A stretch of 25,586 nucleotides of DNA, taken from contig JAQVLJ010000001.1 of the NCBI GenBank assembly GCA_028704215.1, forward strand, positions 1-25,586, given 5' to 3'. Positions within the stretch are counted from its first letter, which is position 1. The number at the start of each line of letters is the position of its first letter. Made by a program: the position numbers and the translations under genes. Of this stretch, positions 1-10,582 are shown one piece after another. The DNA comes from Clostridia bacterium. Its GTDB lineage: Bacteria; Bacillota; Clostridia; Christensenellales; UBA1242. Under the pieces are notes generated by a model. The model was given only the letters and a program-made list of their open reading frames with translations, was not told where the DNA came from and did no database searches.

Positions 1-1
1 T

Positions 2-3000
2 GATAATTCCAGCAAGTCCACCCGAATATGTAACGTTTGTTCCGTACATTTGGTTGAATTTTAAAGTCAGGTTTTTAATAACTGCATTGTTGACTCTACT
101 AAATAATCCGATACTTGACCCGTACTCATTTGCCGTTACGGTTACATTGACAGAAATATTGGATATGGTCATTCCATTTCCATCTATTTTGCCTTCAATG
201 CTAACATTCTTACTTGTTTTAATTTCTGTAGAAAGATTGATATCGTTTACAAAACGTACATTTTTGTCAAATATATGCAAACTATCTTCATTCATTCCAT
301 CTGTCAAAACAGAATTGAATTCTGTTGCGTTACGAATAATGTATGGATTGTTGTCGCTACCATATTCATAACCGCTTACATAACTATATGTATATTCGTA
401 GTTGTTTTCGCCGACATCCTGCTCGTCAACGATATATCTCACTGAGCGGGAAATTTCTTTAGTAGAAACCAAATCAGGTAACAAATCGCTACCAGCAAAG
501 TTGTCTAAGCCATATGCCCAAATGCCGTCAGCTTGATTGTTTTCCAATAGTGTAAATCCGTTCAATGTATTGATATTCAAAAAGTTTGACAATGATCTTG
601 CCAATGCACTTCCGCCATTTAAAGTAAAGTTGTCTGAATTTAGTTGTAAAAAATAGCTATCAGAAATATCTCCACTATCCAAATAGTTGGATTGTTTGTC
701 TACACCTATAAATGGTGCTTTGTACTCACTATTTGAACCAACATAAGCAGTTGTGTACGTTCTGATTATGCTACCGCTATTAATGTAAACAAAGCCTGCT
801 ACAATAGAAGCGTCTGTATCAATCATCGTGTTGGTATAACAATCGTTAATATTGCCGCTATTTTCATACACAAAGCCAGCAGCATTTCCTGTAGAATACA
901 CCATAACATTACCAGCACGAACATTTGTGCTAGTTGTCGATGTTTCATCGCCTTTTGCATAACTAAAATGAATTCTGCCAGAGTTTGTAGCAACAAAACC
1001 AGCAGTTTTTGTATATTGTGGCTTACTGTGTATATTTTCTACGCCCATATTAGCAACAAAACTACTACTTATTATTCCATTGTTGTTGCCGACAAAGCCA
1101 CCAACAACATTTTTTGCTATTAAAGTGAATTTGTAGTTGGTTAGAGTGTGTGTATTTGCACTAGTACCATCTTCGTTATAAGAAATAACCTTAAATTCTT
1201 TTGCTCCCACACGAGAGTTGGTGATATTTCCACTATTTGAGCCAATTAAACCGCCGACTATACCATTGACATTTGCTCCATCTATGATTTCTCTTGAAAG
1301 TACTGCAAGTTGATTGTTTGTGCTCTTTGTATTGATTACTTCACAGTTTACAACCAAACCATTGTTTATGCCTGCCAAAACGCCAAAATTGTATGTTTTA
1401 AATGAAGTCAAATCAACATCAGCAAGATCTGATATATCTATTGTAATATTTTTCAACAGCGTATTACTAGAAACTTGTGCAAACAAACCCACATTTGTAT
1501 GTGTCAATTCATTGTTATTTTGATCTATTGTTTTTGGAACAAAATTGACTATTTTTAAAATTTTGTTATTTCCGTCCAAACTTGAAATACCCGTCAATGT
1601 ACTGTTTGTGTCGGTAGCAATTTCAAGTGGCTGCCAATCAGTTAAGGTCAAATCATTCATCAAAATATAGTTTTGACCTGCGACCATATTTTCCAATCCT
1701 TCTTGTGTGAAAATTGGCAAAGGATTGTCCTCAGTTGTTGATGCTGCAAATTTCATTGTGAAACTAAAATTAATTCTAAACTGCTCGCCACTAGTGACAA
1801 ATTTTAAACCAATATTATTACCTTCTACTATATAACTAGCACCAACAGAAAAATTGACTGTTGTGCCACTAGTTGATGCTTGGGCAATCAATTTTATATA
1901 TGTGTCCACCAATACATTCTCTTCATAAAGATTGAAGAGTTTGGTTTGGAAAAGACTAGTATCCGTGTTGTATTCTGTAAACGGCTTATCTTGTGCCTGT
2001 CCGTATGAATTCGTAGACAAGGCTTTGAATAAATTTAGATATGCATTCATATCAGTAAGAGATAAACTAAAATCGTTTATATCTATACCCAAATCTGTAT
2101 ACAGTTTTTCATTTATATCATTGGATAACGCCAATTTTTCACTTTCAGTCAAGTTAGCAAAGGTATTCCACAATAGTTTAAGCGGAGTGCTAGAACCAAT
2201 AACAAGTAACAATTCTTTATTTGAATTCAAATTGGTCAATGTTGCGCTATCTAACATAATATCAAGGGCGACAAACTTGCATTTCTGCACTCGGCTTTCT
2301 ACAACATTGTTTACATACATATTCAATGTAAATGTGACATCAAATTGTGTATTGTCAGTTAAATCACCTATATTCACAATATATGTATAAATTACTGAAT
2401 TTCTGTTGGTCAATACTACGCTATTCAAAGTCAATCTAACGTTGTTCATTGTCGTAATCACAGGCTCGCCTGTCAATTCATAACCAAATACTTCAACAGT
2501 AATTTTTTGATATGAACTGTTATTTTGTACAAGATAAATTGTTTCATCTTCTATAAGTACGCTATCGCAATCTAGAACGTTGACAAGTATGTTTGCATTG
2601 TATTTTGTTATCAAAGATGTTGTGTTTGATTTCACAACAACATCGCCACTTTCTGTGCGTTTGTATCCAGTTATTGTAATATCAAATATTTCACTAGTCG
2701 CAACCAAAGTAGGCAAATTTGTACGAACATATAAAGAGCCATCATATAGTTTGATGCCACTTTGCACGCTTGAATATTTGTACAATTTTAGACCGTTTTC
2801 AATTACTTCTGGTCGTGGATACATCGATACGTAGTGGCTAGCAGAAATATTTTCTATACCTTCGACAAATAACATTTGTTCAAACAAAATTTTTGTACCA
2901 TCAACAAGACTACTTGAAGTGATTGTAACGTAATCAACATAAGAATAATATGGTTCGAGGCTAATTTTTAAGATACCTGGTGTACCAGGAATAATTGTGT

Positions 3001-6000
3001 TAGACTTTTCTTCACTAACTACATAAGTTCGTGTGTCAGCATCTTCAAAACTGCTTTCTCCATTAGGATAATGTGCAGTTATAATTTTGTTCAATTCTTC
3101 TGGATTAATTGTAAGTGTTATGGTTTTGTTAAGCGCCTTATTTGATATACAAGAAAAATTCAAATCAATATTAATGCTTTGTTCTATGTATCTATTATTA
3201 ATAGTGGTATTTTTTAATGACAAAGACAAATCATATGAAATGCTATCATCATTTTTTGTAGCATGCACATAAATATCAAACAAATCTTGTATGGTATTTA
3301 CATTATTTGCGCTCATCAAATTGTTTATGTTTGTGATGTTTTCTGCATTTGCAAAATTTGCAGTCATATTCAATCGTAATTCATCTTGGGTTTTGTTAGT
3401 TATATCATTGCTATCAAACACATATTCAACTAAGGTTTCATCTAATTCGATGTCATCGTTTACAAAATTTGTTTGCAAATTAATAATTAAATTTTCCTGA
3501 CCACCAGCATTCATTTCGAGTGATTGAGTGTTGGACTGAATTTGCGTCGCTTGTTTTTTGACTATCACAAAAAATTCTGCGTATCCAAACTCATAGTATT
3601 CATCGGCAAAATCATCTGACAAAGTTTTTAGGTTAAAAGTCAATGCTACTCTTACTTTTGCGCTCAAATATCCATTTACGGCATCATTATCGTAATTGTA
3701 TGCTTTTAGGTCAATTCCTGTTGCCGTGCTTGTGAAAAAACCAGCAAATTTGTCGTTTACATTGAATAATTGTAGTTGCTCGCTATCCAGTTCAAATAAT
3801 GGCAAATCACTTTCCCCTGCACGCTCTACAAAGTATGTGCCTGACAAATAAGTAAAGAGTAGTTGCATTGCAGAATTTACCGAATAATCGCCGTTTGTGA
3901 TGTAAGGTAATAATTGCCTACTGCTGTCCGTTAACAAAACTAGTTGTTTGTTGTTTGCCAATTTATAGTTTTCTGTCAACAAATTACTACTGTACAATCC
4001 CCAATCCGTGTAGCCATTCATCACATAAAAACTCACTGTCGCTTCAAGGCTATTATTATAAATAGCATAAAACTCTATTGTTATTTTGTTGTTATTTTTT
4101 GTTCCTGCACTTTTTAGTATCAAATTGCCATTGCTAATATATCCAAGATGTTCTCCACCAACTATGTGAACAATATAATTACCATTTGCACGAGATGGTA
4201 TGATACTTATATCAATAAGTCCTTCGCCATTTGTATCGCTTACCAATTTGTAACTGTTAAGAGCCAAATCTTGTGCGTTGTCTGGTGGGTTGGATATTCT
4301 ATTGTAGTAGTATATGATTCCTTTCTCATCAGAATAGTATTTTCCTTTACCTTCTCCTGGGTTGCCTTGTGCAAAATATTTCTCATTAACTTTAATATTC
4401 AAACTACTTGGCACAATTGTAATCAATTCTTCTTCAACGCCGTTTTGTACAAGTAAAATAGGATAGCCATCATTGACATCTGTATCAATAGCCCAAACTC
4501 GTTTTTCATCGCCCACTGTGGCAAATCTGAAACCATTATTATCAACATTTGGATATGTAGAGATAGTTTTTAATTCAATATCAGGGTGTGAGGATAATTG
4601 ATCATTAATATAACGCATACTCTGTGCAAAACCATTATCAACATCATAAACATCCATTATGCAGTAAGTATTTTGTAAGGTAATTTCATTGATGGAAAAA
4701 CCTTCATATAACGCATTGAAATATGGTAAACCACCTTCATCAGCGTATTCTTTCAAAACTACTCGACCTTTGTAGTAGGCATTTTTTGCGCCAATATTGT
4801 CCGTTTGTGCAACAAAACCACCTAAAATAGCTTTTTCAGTATCTGTATCAGTAATGATGTCGATATCTACTTTCATATTGATGTTGGCAAAACTGTTGTA
4901 AATACGTGTATCTTTTGCATTTGCTATTAGTCCTGCAATATTGCCATTGTTATTTATAATAAGATTGCTATCATTAGACACAAAGTTTTCTATATAGCAA
5001 TATTTTAAAACAGTATTTTGTGCATAGCCTATCAGACCACCCACATTGTCTTTTCCACTTATGAAGCTGTCACTGTTTGTATTGGAATTGTATACATCAA
5101 TAAAATGTACGCCAACCTTGTTAAGTGTTTTATTTGTAGAAACAGTATCATTATCAAATTCACAATAACCAACTGCACCGCCAACATATTGTACGTATGG
5201 TGTGTCATCCCTTTCAATTTTTGTGCCTTCAATTTTTGAACCAACCACTAAACTTTCGTTTATAAAGCCATTATTATTATAGCCAACTAGTCCGCCAACA
5301 TATTTTCCGCCACTAATTTTTCCATTTGCAAGATTTGTAATAGAAACGTTGTGTATGTTTCCAACGTTTTCACCCGAGATGCCACCTATTTTGCTCTTTT
5401 GGTCCACAAAACTATTTGTAGTAGTGATTTGCAAATCAACAGCACTTGTTACTACGTCTTCAATATTAAGAATGGACAACTGCTCGTTTTGGTCAAGTGA
5501 GTAACCGCCAACAATTTCTCCATTGTTCAATCCAACAATTCCACCCAAACGACATTCAAACAGATTATTTTGATAATTTGATGTAACGTTAATAGATAGT
5601 TTGCCACTACTAATCTTTTGGCTACTACTTATTGTACCATCATTTTTCCCTGATATAATTCCCACATTCACACTCAAAACATTACTGCTCAATCCCGTAA
5701 ATACATTGATATTACTGTTTTGGATTGTAACTGTTGTTTTCTGAATAGTTCCACTATTTTGACCAGCCACAAATCCAACATAAGCACTTCCAGTAAGTGA
5801 AGTGGTTGTGCTGCCTATATTAAAGTTCAATAATTTTGCATTAACAAAATTAAGATTACTAATAGTACCTTCATTTTTTGCAAATAGTCCCAAATAATAT
5901 CCATCAAGCAAAAGTTTGAATGAAGATAAGGTCAAGTTATTGATATTGCTATGAATAACGATATCTTCCAAACGGGAAGAATACTCACCAAATTCGTTTT

Positions 6001-9000
6001 GGTAAGTAGTCAAAACTTTGATTGTCATATCGCCATTCAATTCGCCTGTAAATGTAGCCCCATTTCCTAATGGATATCCAGTTTTATTGATTAAATCAAT
6101 ATCGTTAGTCAAAACATATTTGACAGACATGTTATTTGAGATATTCAAAAACTGTGTTGCATTAGTAATATAGTAAGGATGCAATACTCCATCGCTGACA
6201 GTCACATATATTGATGTACCGGTAGTAGCAAAAACATCACTAATAAATGAATCCTTTGCTACAATTTTTAAAATAACACTGCCGCCCTTTTTAGGTACAA
6301 CATAAAACATATTTGTAGAAACATCGTGATACACAGATATAATGTCATTGTTTAATGACAATTCAGTTTGGTCGCCATTTATATTATAAATTTGATATGT
6401 TAGATCGCCAAAAGAAGCATTGCTATTTGTTGCTGATGCGTCAAAAGTTTTAAAATAATTGCTCGAATTATTTATGTAAGATGTTAGAGATGTGCCACCG
6501 TTGTAGAAAGAACCATCTTGTCCACTTAGATTCATGGTATAGGTATTTGCTATTTTCGAAATGTCTACGCCATCAACGCTTATATCGTCAACTTTTGTTG
6601 CTTCTTTAAATGTAATATGGCAAACAAGGGTGCTGCTTGTATTTTTGCCAAATTGAGTAACGTATGCAGTCACATCAAGAGTACTTGTATTGCCTTGATT
6701 TTTACGCACAGTAAAGGTGCTGGTTGGTGAAGTCAAAACCCCATTTTGAACACCTGTAGTCTGATAATACCCGCTTGTGCCCAAATTCCAAGAAATATTT
6801 ACATCAAAGCATTTTTGTTCACTATTTGAAAAATATATCTTTTGAGTTGCAGTAGTATTATTATAATTTACTTTCACTGATGCATTGGAATTGTTTTCTT
6901 GTAGCAATACTCCAACAGTGTCCGCTATATAGACATCATCAATTACAGTTTTGCTCAAACTAAAATTCTTTACAGGAGTATACACTGCGACTTCAAATGA
7001 ATAAGTCAGAACACTTACATCGATAACACCTTTTGTTGCTGGAATATCGGATACTTTGTATGCAGTTGCGGTAACTGTATAAATCGCAGTACCCTCTTTA
7101 AGTGCTGTAAAATAAATTTTGTTGTCACTAATTTGGGCGTTAACGCTACTTCTATCGCTTTCATTGAAGTTAAACAACGTTTCATCCCTATCCGAAATAG
7201 ATAGGCTGTTCATTGTACTTGCAGAATTAAGTCGCATAATAGCGGTGTTGCCTAAAGTAACACCCATTTGAGTTGTTTCATTATTTTGGATAGCATAATA
7301 TCCTACGTAAGATTTTGAATTGTCATCCAAGATGTACGATACAGTAGGATTTTTTTCTGCATTAATTACTTGTAAAGTATAAGTTTTGCTGAAACCATTG
7401 ATGCTTGAAATAGTCAAAGTGTAAGTGCCGACTTTTGTACCGACCAATCCAAAACTGTACTTATATGTCGAACCTGAAAGTACTGCACCCAAATCGGTAA
7501 ATGTAAGATTATCTTTTGCAACGTTGTCAGCGGTTTTTAACTGAATTTCGCTACCACTAACAGAAATTGCTATATTTGTCAAATCTACGTTTGTTTTCAT
7601 AAAGTCAAGATAAAAAGTGCTTGTAATTGAACTATTTTTTGCAATTAAAGTGGTTTTATTTTCACATGACAAGAAAGTAGATGATTGTAACAAACTTACA
7701 TCTGTAAACATTTTTCGTGGACGTAATAAAATATTTTTCAAAATATATTGCGCTTCTATGTTATTATTTCCATTGAAAGAAGTAGGTGTAGTGCGCACAC
7801 GTGCAGTCAAAGAAATATCTTCGGCTCCAAAAGTTGCATTTTCACGAATTTTTACAACAATAGTATCTCCACTATTCACTGCAAATCCACCTTGGGAAGC
7901 ATCGTAGGTCATTTCTACGCCGTTTTTCTTGAAACTCAAAATGTTATTTTTGATATTATCAACTGCGCCGTTAATTGTAATATAAATCATTTTGTCAGCA
8001 GATTTTACATTAAATGGAGTTGCTTCGAATTTTAATTCAAGTCCATTTGAGCCAACATATTCATCGTAAACAAAATATATTTGGTCATTCAAATCGTTGT
8101 TGCTTATATAAAGATTGGTTGGCAATTCACGTACATTTACTGAAATAGTTTTTGAAAGGCTAGGCACATTGTTTGTAAATTTGAAAGTTTTGTAAGAAAC
8201 GTTAAATGTAACGTTTGCTATATCCGTTTGATTACCTCTAATCAAATAAACATCTTGATAGCCAGCGATTTTTGTTACCGTAGCTGCGGACGATTTGTCG
8301 ATAATATGAGTTATTTGTAACTGAGAAGAATTGTCAATGGTATACAAAGTGCTTGGAGCAACACTTACTCGAACATAAGCGCTATCGTAATTAGAGTTCT
8401 TTGCAATAAGTCTTAGAGTATCAATGTTTGTTAATGAATTAGTTGTATTTGTGTTGATGTCAAAATAATTCACTACAAGAGCATAGTTATTAAAATTTTC
8501 TACAACTTGAACATTAAACGTAGTATATATTTCGCTATTTTCAATTCCATTCACAACTGAGATGGCTTTTACAGCAATTTGTTTCGTATTGGCATTCAAG
8601 GTATAGTCGCTACTTATTCTCATTACGTTGTCAGTAATTGTTACATTTTCATTGGCATTAGCCAATTCATATTTTACTGATTTCTGAGTTGTGCGCAAGT
8701 TAGAAGTATTTGGTTTAAATACAAACAGTTTGTTACTATCAAAAGTGATACTATCCCCAACAACTACAGCGGGTTGATATGTCGTATTAGTAATTTCTGT
8801 TACTGGTACCACTACATCAATAGGCACCACAAAGTTGCCACCTTCCGAACTGGTAATTTTTAATTGTGCAGAGCCGCCACCGTTAATAACAACACGGGCA
8901 GTTGAATAAGTTTCTGCATACGTAATGTTTGTAATAGATATTGAATCTGAAGTATTGTTTAATACAAAACTTTGTGCCGATAAGTTTTCTTTATTTTTTG

Positions 9001-9220
9001 TTATGTAAACTCGAATATCTATGTACGCTGCTTCACTTGCGTCATAAACAAATTCGATATTTTCTGTTGTAGAAAATTTTTGAAATTCTTCATCTTGTGA
9101 GTTAGAAAGATGATAGTAAACATCAATTTTGATATTGTTTTTGTTCTTATCACAACCAGCAAAAACAAGTCCTGTAAAAGCCAGTAATACGAGAGTCAAA
9201 ATCGATAATATTTTTTTCAT
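2..9220 (-). CDS. Giant surface lipoprotein with GLUG-type repeat modules (>3073 aa, 3' end beyond left window edge)
   Basis: ATG at 9220 with AGGAG RBS (9226-9230). The N-terminus MKKILSILTLVLLAFTGLVFAG-C is a lipobox signal peptide. Manual translation at several points stays in one frame (HPYYITNATQF ~6180, VNDGYPILL ~4460, DNPLPIFTQEGLENMV ~1700, NVTYSGGLAGII at the edge). Its absence from the ORF track is consistent with no in-frame stop inside the window. Confidence 0.92.
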   Translation of the reverse strand, partial: MKKILSILTLVLLAFTGLVFAGCDKNKNNIKIDVYYHLSNSQDEEFQKFSTTENIEFVYDASEAAYIDIRVYITKNKENLSAQSFVLNNTSDSISITNITYAETYSTARVVINGGGSAQLKITSSEGGNFVVPIDVVVPVTEITNTTYQPAVVVGDSITFDSNKLFVFKPNTSNLRTTQKSVKYELANANENVTITDNVMRISSDYTLNANTKQIAVKAISVVNGIENSEIYTTFNVQVVENFNNYALVVNYFDINTNTTNSLTNIDTLRLIAKNSNYDSAYVRVSVAPSTLYTIDNSSQLQITHIIDKSSAATVTKIAGYQDVYLIRGNQTDIANVTFNVSYKTFKFTNNVPSLSKTISVNVRELPTNLYISNNDLNDQIYFVYDEYVGSNGLELKFEATPFNVKSADKMIYITINGAVDNIKNNILSFKKNGVEMTYDASQGGFAVNSGDTIVVKIRENATFGAEDISLTARVRTTPTSFNGNNNIEAQYILKNILLRPRKMFTDVSLLQSSTFLSCENKTTLIAKNSSITSTFYLDFMKTNVDLTNIAISVSGSEIQLKTADNVAKDNLTFTDLGAVLSGSTYKYSFGLVGTKVGTYTLTISSINGFSKTYTLQVINAEKNPTVSYILDDNSKSYVGYYAIQNNETTQMGVTLGNTAIMRLNSASTMNSLSISDRDETLFNFNESDRSSVNAQISDNKIYFTALKEGTAIYTVTATAYKVSDIPATKGVIDVSVLTYSFEVAVYTPVKNFSLSKTVIDDVYIADTVGVLLQENNSNASVKVNYNNTTATQKIYFSNSEQKCFDVNISWNLGTSGYYQTTGVQNGVLTSPTSTFTVRKNQGNTSTLDVTAYVTQFGKNTSSTLVCHITFKEATKVDDISVDGVDISKIANTYTMNLSGQDGSFYNGGTSLTSYINNSSNYFKTFDASATNSNASFGDLTYQIYNINGDQTELSLNNDIISVYHDVSTNMFYVVPKKGGSVILKIVAKDSFISDVFATTGTSIYVTVSDGVLHPYYITNATQFLNISNNMSVKYVLTNDIDLINKTGYPLGNGATFTGELNGDMTIKVLTTYQNEFGEYSSRLEDIVIHSNINNLTLSSFKLLLDGYYLGLFAKNEGTISNLNFVNAKLLNFNIGSTTTSLTGSAYVGFVAGQNSGTIQKTTVTIQNSNINVFTGLSSNVLSVNVGIISGKNDGTISSSQKISSGKLSINVTSNYQNNLFECRLGGIVGLNNGEIVGGYSLDQNEQLSILNIEDVVTSAVDLQITTTNSFVDQKSKIGGISGENVGNIHNVSITNLANGKISGGKYVGGLVGYNNNGFINESLVVGSKIEGTKIERDDTPYVQYVGGAVGYCEFDNDTVSTNKTLNKVGVHFIDVYNSNTNSDSFISGKDNVGGLIGYAQNTVLKYCYIENFVSNDSNLIINNNGNIAGLIANAKDTRIYNSFANINMKVDIDIITDTDTEKAILGGFVAQTDNIGAKNAYYKGRVVLKEYADEGGLPYFNALYEGFSINEITLQNTYCIMDVYDVDNGFAQSMRYINDQLSSHPDIELKTISTYPNVDNNGFRFATVGDEKRVWAIDTDVNDGYPILLVQNGVEEELITIVPSSLNIKVNEKYFAQGNPGEGKGKYYSDEKGIIYYYNRISNPPDNAQDLALNSYKLVSDTNGEGLIDISIIPSRANGNYIVHIVGGEHLGYISNGNLILKSAGTKNNNKITIEFYAIYNNSLEATVSFYVMNGYTDWGLYSSNLLTENYKLANNKQLVLLTDSSRQLLPYITNGDYSVNSAMQLLFTYLSGTYFVERAGESDLPLFELDSEQLQLFNVNDKFAGFFTSTATGIDLKAYNYDNDAVNGYLSAKVRVALTFNLKTLSDDFADEYYEFGYAEFFVIVKKQATQIQSNTQSLEMNAGGQENLIINLQTNFVNDDIELDETLVEYVFDSNDITNKTQDELRLNMTANFANAENITNINNLMSANNVNTIQDLFDIYVHATKNDDSISYDLSLSLKNTTINNRYIEQSINIDLNFSCISNKALNKTITLTINPEELNKIITAHYPNGESSFEDADTRTYVVSEEKSNTIIPGTPGILKISLEPYYSYVDYVTITSSSLVDGTKILFEQMLFVEGIENISASHYVSMYPRPEVIENGLKLYKYSSVQSGIKLYDGSLYVRTNLPTLVATSEIFDITITGYKRTESGDVVVKSNTTSLITKYNANILVNVLDCDSVLIEDETIYLVQNNSSYQKITVEVFGYELTGEPVITTMNNVRLTLNSVVLTNRNSVIYTYIVNIGDLTDNTQFDVTFTLNMYVNNVVESRVQKCKFVALDIMLDSATLTNLNSNKELLLVIGSSTPLKLLWNTFANLTESEKLALSNDINEKLYTDLGIDINDFSLSLTDMNAYLNLFKALSTNSYGQAQDKPFTEYNTDTSLFQTKLFNLYEENVLVDTYIKLIAQASTSGTTVNFSVGASYIVEGNNIGLKFVTSGEQFRINFSFTMKFAASTTEDNPLPIFTQEGLENMVAGQNYILMNDLTLTDWQPLEIATDTNSTLTGISSLDGNNKILKIVNFVPKTIDQNNNELTHTNVGLFAQVSSNTLLKNITIDISDLADVDLTSFKTYNFGVLAGINNGLVVNCEVINTKSTNNQLAVLSREIIDGANVNGIVGGLIGSNSGNITNSRVGAKEFKVISYNEDGTSANTHTLTNYKFTLIAKNVVGGFVGNNNGIISSSFVANMGVENIHSKPQYTKTAGFVATNSGRIHFSYAKGDETSTTSTNVRAGNVMVYSTGNAAGFVYENSGNINDCYTNTMIDTDASIVAGFVYINSGSIIRTYTTAYVGSNSEYKAPFIGVDKQSNYLDSGDISDSYFLQLNSDNFTLNGGSALARSLSNFLNINTLNGFTLLENNQADGIWAYGLDNFAGSDLLPDLVSTKEISRSVRYIVDEQDVGENNYEYTYSYVSGYEYGSDNNPYIIRNATEFNSVLTDGMNEDSLHIFDKNVRFVNDINLSTEIKTSKNVSIEGKIDGNGMTISNISVNVTVTANEYGSSIGLFSRVNNAVIKNLTLKFNQMYGTNVTYSGGLAGII

Positions 9221-9296
9221 CCTTGCTCCTAATTTATCTTTCTCAAATTATTAAGAAAAATTACACTTATTGCCATATTATTTATTTACAATAAAT

Positions 9297-9326
9297 ATTA
9301 TATATAAATATGTCACTTTTAGTCAA
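9297..9326 (-). promoter_or_regulatory. Putative sigma-A promoter of the giant lipoprotein gene
   Basis: TTGACT-N18-TATAAT on the minus strand, about 75 nt upstream of the ATG. Confidence 0.55.
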
Positions 9327-9466
9327 ATCAAAAAAATACCTAAATTATTAAAATAATTACAATTAATTAAAATTAAATAACAAAAATTGAAATTAATTAT
9401 TTTTTTATAATAAAATAATAAAAATATTTTTAAAAATAAAATAAATATTATTTTTATTTAAAACGA

Positions 9467-9495
9467 TTGAATTATAGGCAAAATGCTGGTAAATT
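9467..9495 (+). promoter_or_regulatory. Putative sigma-A promoter of ttcA
   Basis: TTGAAT-N17-TAAATT with TG extension, followed by an AAGGA RBS. Confidence 0.45.
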
Positions 9496-9512
9496 GTAAA
9501 TAAGGAAAAAAT

Positions 9513-10220
9513 ATGAAAAAAATATTAAGTATGCTCAGAAAAGCAGATAAAAAATATAATTTAATAGAAAATAATGACAAAATTGCAATTGGCGTATCGG
9601 GAGGCAAAGATAGTTTGGTTTTGTTAAAGGCTATGGCAAATTATAGATTGTTTGATGACAAAAAATTTGACATAATTGCAATCACAATTGACATCAGTTC
9701 TGGAAAAAATGATTATACAGAAATAAGCAAACTATGCGACACATTAGGTGTAAATTATTATGTAGAAAAAACTGACATACAACAAGTAGTTTTTGATATA
9801 CGCAAAGAAAAAAATCCTTGCTCGTTGTGTGCAAAGATGCGAAGAGGTGCATTAAACTCTGTCGCAAAAAAACATGGCTGCAACAAAATTGCATTAGGAC
9901 ATCATATCGATGATATGGTAGATACATTTTTCTTGTCAATGTTATACGAAGGAAGACTTAGTACAATGCATCCAAAGTCTTATATGTCCAATTCAAAAAT
10001 CAAACTTATACGACCTTTATTTTTGACAAACGAAAAAGATATTAAGTCTGCAAGCAAAGATTTGCCCATATTAAAAAGTACTTGTCCCGCTAACAAAAAC
10101 ACACAGCGAGAATATATAAAAGATTTGCTAAAAGAAATACAAAAAACCATACCTTTCGCTCGGGACAGAATTGCTTCCAGCATAGTGGAAACAGAAAGAT
10201 ACAACCTTCTCGACAAATAA
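9513..10220 (+). CDS. ttcA: tRNA 2-thiocytidine(32) synthetase TtcA family protein
   Basis: PP-loop SGGKDS, CSLC motif, GHHxDD and LIRPL. Confidence 0.9.
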   Translation: MKKILSMLRKADKKYNLIENNDKIAIGVSGGKDSLVLLKAMANYRLFDDKKFDIIAITIDISSGKNDYTEISKLCDTLGVNYYVEKTDIQQVVFDIRKEKNPCSLCAKMRRGALNSVAKKHGCNKIALGHHIDDMVDTFFLSMLYEGRLSTMHPKSYMSNSKIKLIRPLFLTNEKDIKSASKDLPILKSTCPANKNTQREYIKDLLKEIQKTIPFARDRIASSIVETERYNLLDK

Positions 10221-10293
10221 TGATTTTGTCAAAAAATGTCAAAAGTGACTATTATTGCTATTTTATGGACAAAATACCAATAAGGATTAAAAA

Positions 10294-10536
10294 ATGAAAA
10301 AACAACCTTTAACATTGGTGTCTATAAAAGAACATATTTTGGAACTGAAAGGTAAAGAAGTAAAGATGTGTGTCAACCGAGGAAGAAAAAAAATTATTTA
10401 TTATGACGCAATTATTGAAGACACCTACAATAGTGTATTTACTGTAAAAAATTTACAAAAAGTACTTAATGCCAACATACACACATACTCATACAGCGAC
10501 ATACTTTGTGGCGACGTAAAAGTAACACTTCCATAA
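10294..10536 (+). CDS. veg: Veg family protein
   Basis: NRGRKK, YNSVFTV and TYSYSDIL are typical Veg motifs; 80 aa. Confidence 0.9.
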   Translation: MKKQPLTLVSIKEHILELKGKEVKMCVNRGRKKIIYYDAIIEDTYNSVFTVKNLQKVLNANIHTYSYSDILCGDVKVTLP

Positions 10537-10567
10537 AAAAATGCTACTTTTTATAGTAGTATTTTTT
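10535..10567. terminator. Bidirectional intrinsic terminator between convergent genes
   Basis: A-run, ATGCTACT/AGTAGTAT stem, T-run. Confidence 0.7.
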
Positions 10568-10582
10568 ATTTTTTTATATCAA

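Noticed and set aside
54..8035. Short ORFs listed by the track within 1-9220
   Set aside because: They are antisense or alternate-frame shadows of the giant minus-strand lipoprotein gene, with no RBS or recognisable domains
9330..9465. Extremely AT-rich intergenic tract as a possible replication origin
   Set aside because: I saw no DnaA-box cluster or iterons; it is explained as a divergent promoter region (similar tract at 24215-24345)
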